Positions 60,200 through 64,000 of a stretch of 64,000 bases of DNA are shown here, piece by piece (within the stretch, counting starts at the first letter, position 1; each line of letters starts with the position of its first letter). The DNA is taken from positions 78,246,001 through 78,310,000 of the forward strand of contig NC_086108.1 in assembly GCF_963921235.1 (NCBI RefSeq). The letters run 5' to 3'. The stretch comes from Mobula hypostoma. Taxonomy: Eukaryota. The notes under the pieces were generated by a model. That model was given only the letters and a program-made list of their open reading frames with translations. It was not told the origin of the DNA and did not search any database. Position numbers and translations under genes: made by a program.

Positions 60200-60748
60200 A
60201 ATGCTGCCTTCAAAACATCTTAAATATCAGCTGGGAAGATAGAAGAACCAACGTCAGTGTGCTAAATGAGGCAAAAAACAAGCATTGAAGCCTATGTCAT
60301 CAAGAACCAACTAAGATGGAGCGGTCACGTTGTTCGGATGAAAGAAGAACGTCTGCCAAAACAAATCTTCTACTCCCAGCTTAAAGAAGGCAAACGTAAA
60401 AGAGGCGGACAACAGAAGAGATTCAAAGACGTCTTAAAAGCCAACATGAAGAAATGTAACATCAACATCAACAATTGAGAAACCAATGCCAAGGACAGGA
60501 AACTCTGGCAAGCCATCATCCGAGAAAGAACAGCAACTTTCGAAGCCAACAGATGTGCAGAATTAGAAGAAAATGGAAAGAGAGGCAGCAACAACCAAAG
60601 CCCGATCTGCCATCTGGAACTACCTGTCCTGAATGCGGAAGAGATTTCAAAGCCAAGATTGGACTCATAAGCCACTTGAGAGCCCATAAGTAGATCAACA
60701 GAACGAAGACCATCACCTTCAACCTCGAGGGATAGCCACGACGACGAG
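60200..60748 (+). mobile_element. RTE-clade LINE 3' end
   Basis: [45 protein letters not shown]2H2 finger CPECGRDFKAKIGLISHLRAH; (ACG)n tail. Confidence 0.85.
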
Positions 60749-61099
60749 AGTAATGAATTTGGCCATATTGACACTGCTTCTACCTTGCATTGTTAACAGC
60801 CTTATGCAAAGAACAAGTAAATACCCTTGGCATGTACACTGACTTTGAAAGTATGTGACAAGAATCATTGCACATCTGAAAAAATGATCATCTTTATTGA
60901 GGGAATCTATGAACTTAGCTTTGAACTACAATGGCATTGCAATTGTTAAGTCTCTCCACCATTAGTATTCCTAAATTGACCAGAAACTCAATTAGAGCAG
61001 CAAAAAATATTGTGTTTACAAGAGCAGGTCAAAGGCTGGATATTCTGTAGTAAATCATTCAGATCCTGATACTTATTGCTTTCTCACCTTCTGCAAGAT

Positions 61100-61215
61100 A
61101 CAAAATGCTGGAGGAATTCAGCGGGTCAGGCAGCATCTATGGAAAGTCGATGTTTTGTGCCAAGACCATTCTGTCCTGATGAAGGATTTCGACCGGAAAT
61201 ATAAAAGTCAGTATT
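61100..61215. repeat. Partial palindromic PLE terminal repeat
   Basis: caaaatgctggaggaattcagc...gtcctgatgaaggatttcgaccggaaa. Confidence 0.65.
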
Positions 61216-61249
61216 CCTGTCTTTGTTCTTGTGATTGAATAAAAGACTG

Positions 61250-61695
61250 TAAGATAAAGGAATATAATCAGGCTATTTGGCCCATCCAGTTTGCTCTGCC
61301 ATTTCATCATGGCTGATTCATTTTTCGTCTCAGCACCAATCACCTACATTCCCTCCACATCCCTGCATGCCCTGACCAATCAAGAATCTATTAACCTCTG
61401 CCTTAAATATATGTAAAGACTTGGCTTCCACAACTGTCTGTGGCAAAGAATTCCACAGATTCACCACTCTCTGGCTAAAGAAATTCCTCCTCATTTTTGT
61501 TCTAAAAGGATGCCCCTCTGTTCTGAGGCTGTGTCCTCTGGTCTTAGAATCTCCCACTATAGGAAACGTCCTCTCCACATCCACTCTATCAAGGCCTTTC
61601 ACCATTCGATAGGTTTCAATGAGGTCACCCCTCATTCTTCTGAATTCCAGTAAATATAGGCCCAGAGCCATCAAACATTCTTCATATGACAACCT
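61250..61695 (-). mobile_element. CR1 LINE 3' end
   Basis: LSYEECLMALGLYLLEFRRMRGDLIETYRMVKGLDRVDVE...FFSQRVVNLWNSLP. Confidence 0.85.
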
Positions 61696-63199
61696 CCTCA
61701 ATATTTTCAGACTCATTTCTCACATGCATAGAAACATACAGTGAAATGCATCATTTGTGTTAACAATCAACTCATTCAAGGATGTGCTGGGATCACAAGT
61801 GTTACCATACGTTCTTGCCTGGCTGTGTGCCACTCCAACAAGACTCAATACCATCCAGGATAAAACAACCAACTTGATTGGCAACCCAGTAATGCACGCA
61901 ACTACAATATGTGGCATCAAAACTTGCACTGCAGTTATTCATCTGGAATACAATGACATCATCTTTAAAGCACCCCACTTGTACTATTAATAGAGACAAA
62001 AGCAGGAGACTGATTGAAGCCTCGGAATTTATAGGATTCTCCCTCCAGATCATACACAATCATGATTTTCCATTCCATTATCGCTGGGTCTAATTCCTAG
62101 ATGTACACAACAGTTATGGAAATACTTCCACCAGAAGAACTGTAAGAGTTCAAGGAGGTAACTCATCATCACCTCATCAAGTTCAACTGGGAGTCTTTCC
62201 AGCCTCATTTACCAATCCAGATAAACATTTGAATGCAAGACTAGCTTTGCCCACTATCTACAAAAAGTACTTTTGATGATATTCAATTGATTTCTGAGAA
62301 TACTGACTTACATACATAGGCGAACTGGAACTAGCCCTTTTCCCCATCCAGCTCGAAGGGGACAAATTATGGAGTTGGAGTTACTTATTATTGCTTGAGT
62401 ATTTGTGCGCTTCCACTGGCCTAAATTAGTCATCCTTATTGGTCAGTTTGACTGCGCTGATAGTTCCCCCTTCACACAATGTTGCTGTTATTTTCCACAA
62501 TTCTGATCTTCACTCACGTTAAATATCAAATTAGCAAAAGAAAACAAGCAGCAGTGATCATACACCATAAGGCAGAATAAGGATTCTTGGCCTCTTATCA
62601 TTTTATCAATAAAAATGAACAATGCTGAAGTCAAATGTTCATGCACATGATACGTGAATGGACAATGAGATGGATTATTATATTTTTCAATTGCTTATCA
62701 TAACTACAACTATCCACCACAGACTTTTCAATTAGTCATATATGCCCTCTGTAACACACAAGTGAAAAGAAAGGCAAACCTTCAACCAAATGTTAGAGTG
62801 CGGATGTAATGCAAACTCATAGGATTTATATATTTTTTGTTTATTGTATCTTTACATAGAATTATAAAGTCATACAGAAAGGAACCAGACTCTTTAGCCA
62901 GACTTGTCCATGTCAACAGCTTTGCCAGTGAGCTAGTCCCATATGCCCATGATTGACCCACAGCCCTCTAAACCTCTTCTGTCCATGTCCTTCTCTTGCT
63001 GTCTTTTAAATGGTGCTAACATACCTGCCTCGCTGGGGTCTGATCAGCCCTGGCCAGGTCACCTGGAGGAGGTTGTATGATGTTGAAAGACCCGAAACAC
63101 CCAATGATTCCAGGAACATCACTGAAGGTGTGTCCAGAAGCATCAGTAGATGTATGTACACAGCTAGCAGCTCAATCCAAATACACACTGCCCTTTGCA

Positions 63200-64000
63200 T
63201 GAAGAAGCTACCCCGACTTCCCCCTTTAAATTCAAGAAAGGGAGTAGAGATAGCCCAGGAAGTTATAGACAAGTGAGTCTTACTTCAGTGGTTGGTAGGT
63301 TGATGGAGAAGCAGGATTTATGAACATTTGGAGAGGCATAATATGATTAGGAATAGTCAGCATGGCTTTGTCAAAGGCAGATTGTGCCTTACAAGCCTGA
63401 TTGAATTTTTTGAGGATGTGACTAAACACATTGATGGAGGTAGAGCAGTAGATGTAGTGAATATGGATTTCAGTAAGGCATTTGATAAGGTACCCCATGC
63501 AAGGCTTATTGAGAAAGTAAGGAGGCTTGCAAGGGGTGGCATAGAATCAGGAGATGTAGAGTCAGTATGAATAGAACTGAGTAAGGGCAAAAAGACCCTA
63601 ATGGGAGTTATCTACAGGCCCCCAAACAGTAGCCTGGATATAAGGTGCAAGTTGAATCAAGAGTTAAAATTGGCATGTCGCAAAGGTAATGCGACAGTTG
63701 TTATGGGGGATTTCAACATGCAGGTAGACTGGGAAAATCAGGTTGGTACTGGACCCCAAGAAAGGGAGTTTGTGGAGTGCCTCCGAGATGGATTCTTAGA
63801 ACAGCTTGTACTGGAGCCTACCAGGGAGAAGGCAATTCTGGATCTTGTGTTGTGTAATGAACCGGATTTGATAAGGGAACTTGAGGTAAAGGGGCCATCA
63901 GGAGGTAGTGACCATAATATGATAAGTTTTAATCTACAATTTGAGAGGGAGAAGGGAAGATCGGAAGTGTCAGTATTACAGTTGAACAAAGGGGACTATG
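63200..64000 (+). mobile_element. CR1 fragments: RT piece (to about 63527), then an endonuclease piece running off the window
   Basis: SQHGFVKGRLCLTSLIEFFE...MDFSKAFDKVPH; then GVIYRPPNS, MGDFN, AILDLVLCN and GSDHN. Confidence 0.82.

Overview
Eukaryotic, repeat-rich vertebrate DNA. The SINE/LINE repertoire suggests a cartilaginous fish (shark or ray); this is inference. The one intact protein-coding gene is slc6a9 (glycine transporter GlyT1, + strand): 12 GT-AG exons from 2030 to the TAG at 49640, 1902 nt, 633 aa in one open frame. The isoform-specific first exon(s) lie upstream of the window. Most other long ORFs are decayed transposons: CR1, Rex1/Babar and RTE LINEs, GIY-YIG Penelope-like elements (PLEs), V-SINE/DeuSINE copies, Tc1, mariner and hAT derivatives, and an internally deleted Chapaev3-like transposon with TIRs and a TTA target duplication. 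The most notable signal is a family of PLE 3' ends carrying a minimal hammerhead ribozyme motif. Many of these occur as short (130-250 bp), often palindromic insertions, some with clear target-site duplications, and their breakpoints cluster at the ribozyme. No rRNA, tRNA genes or CRISPR arrays were found.
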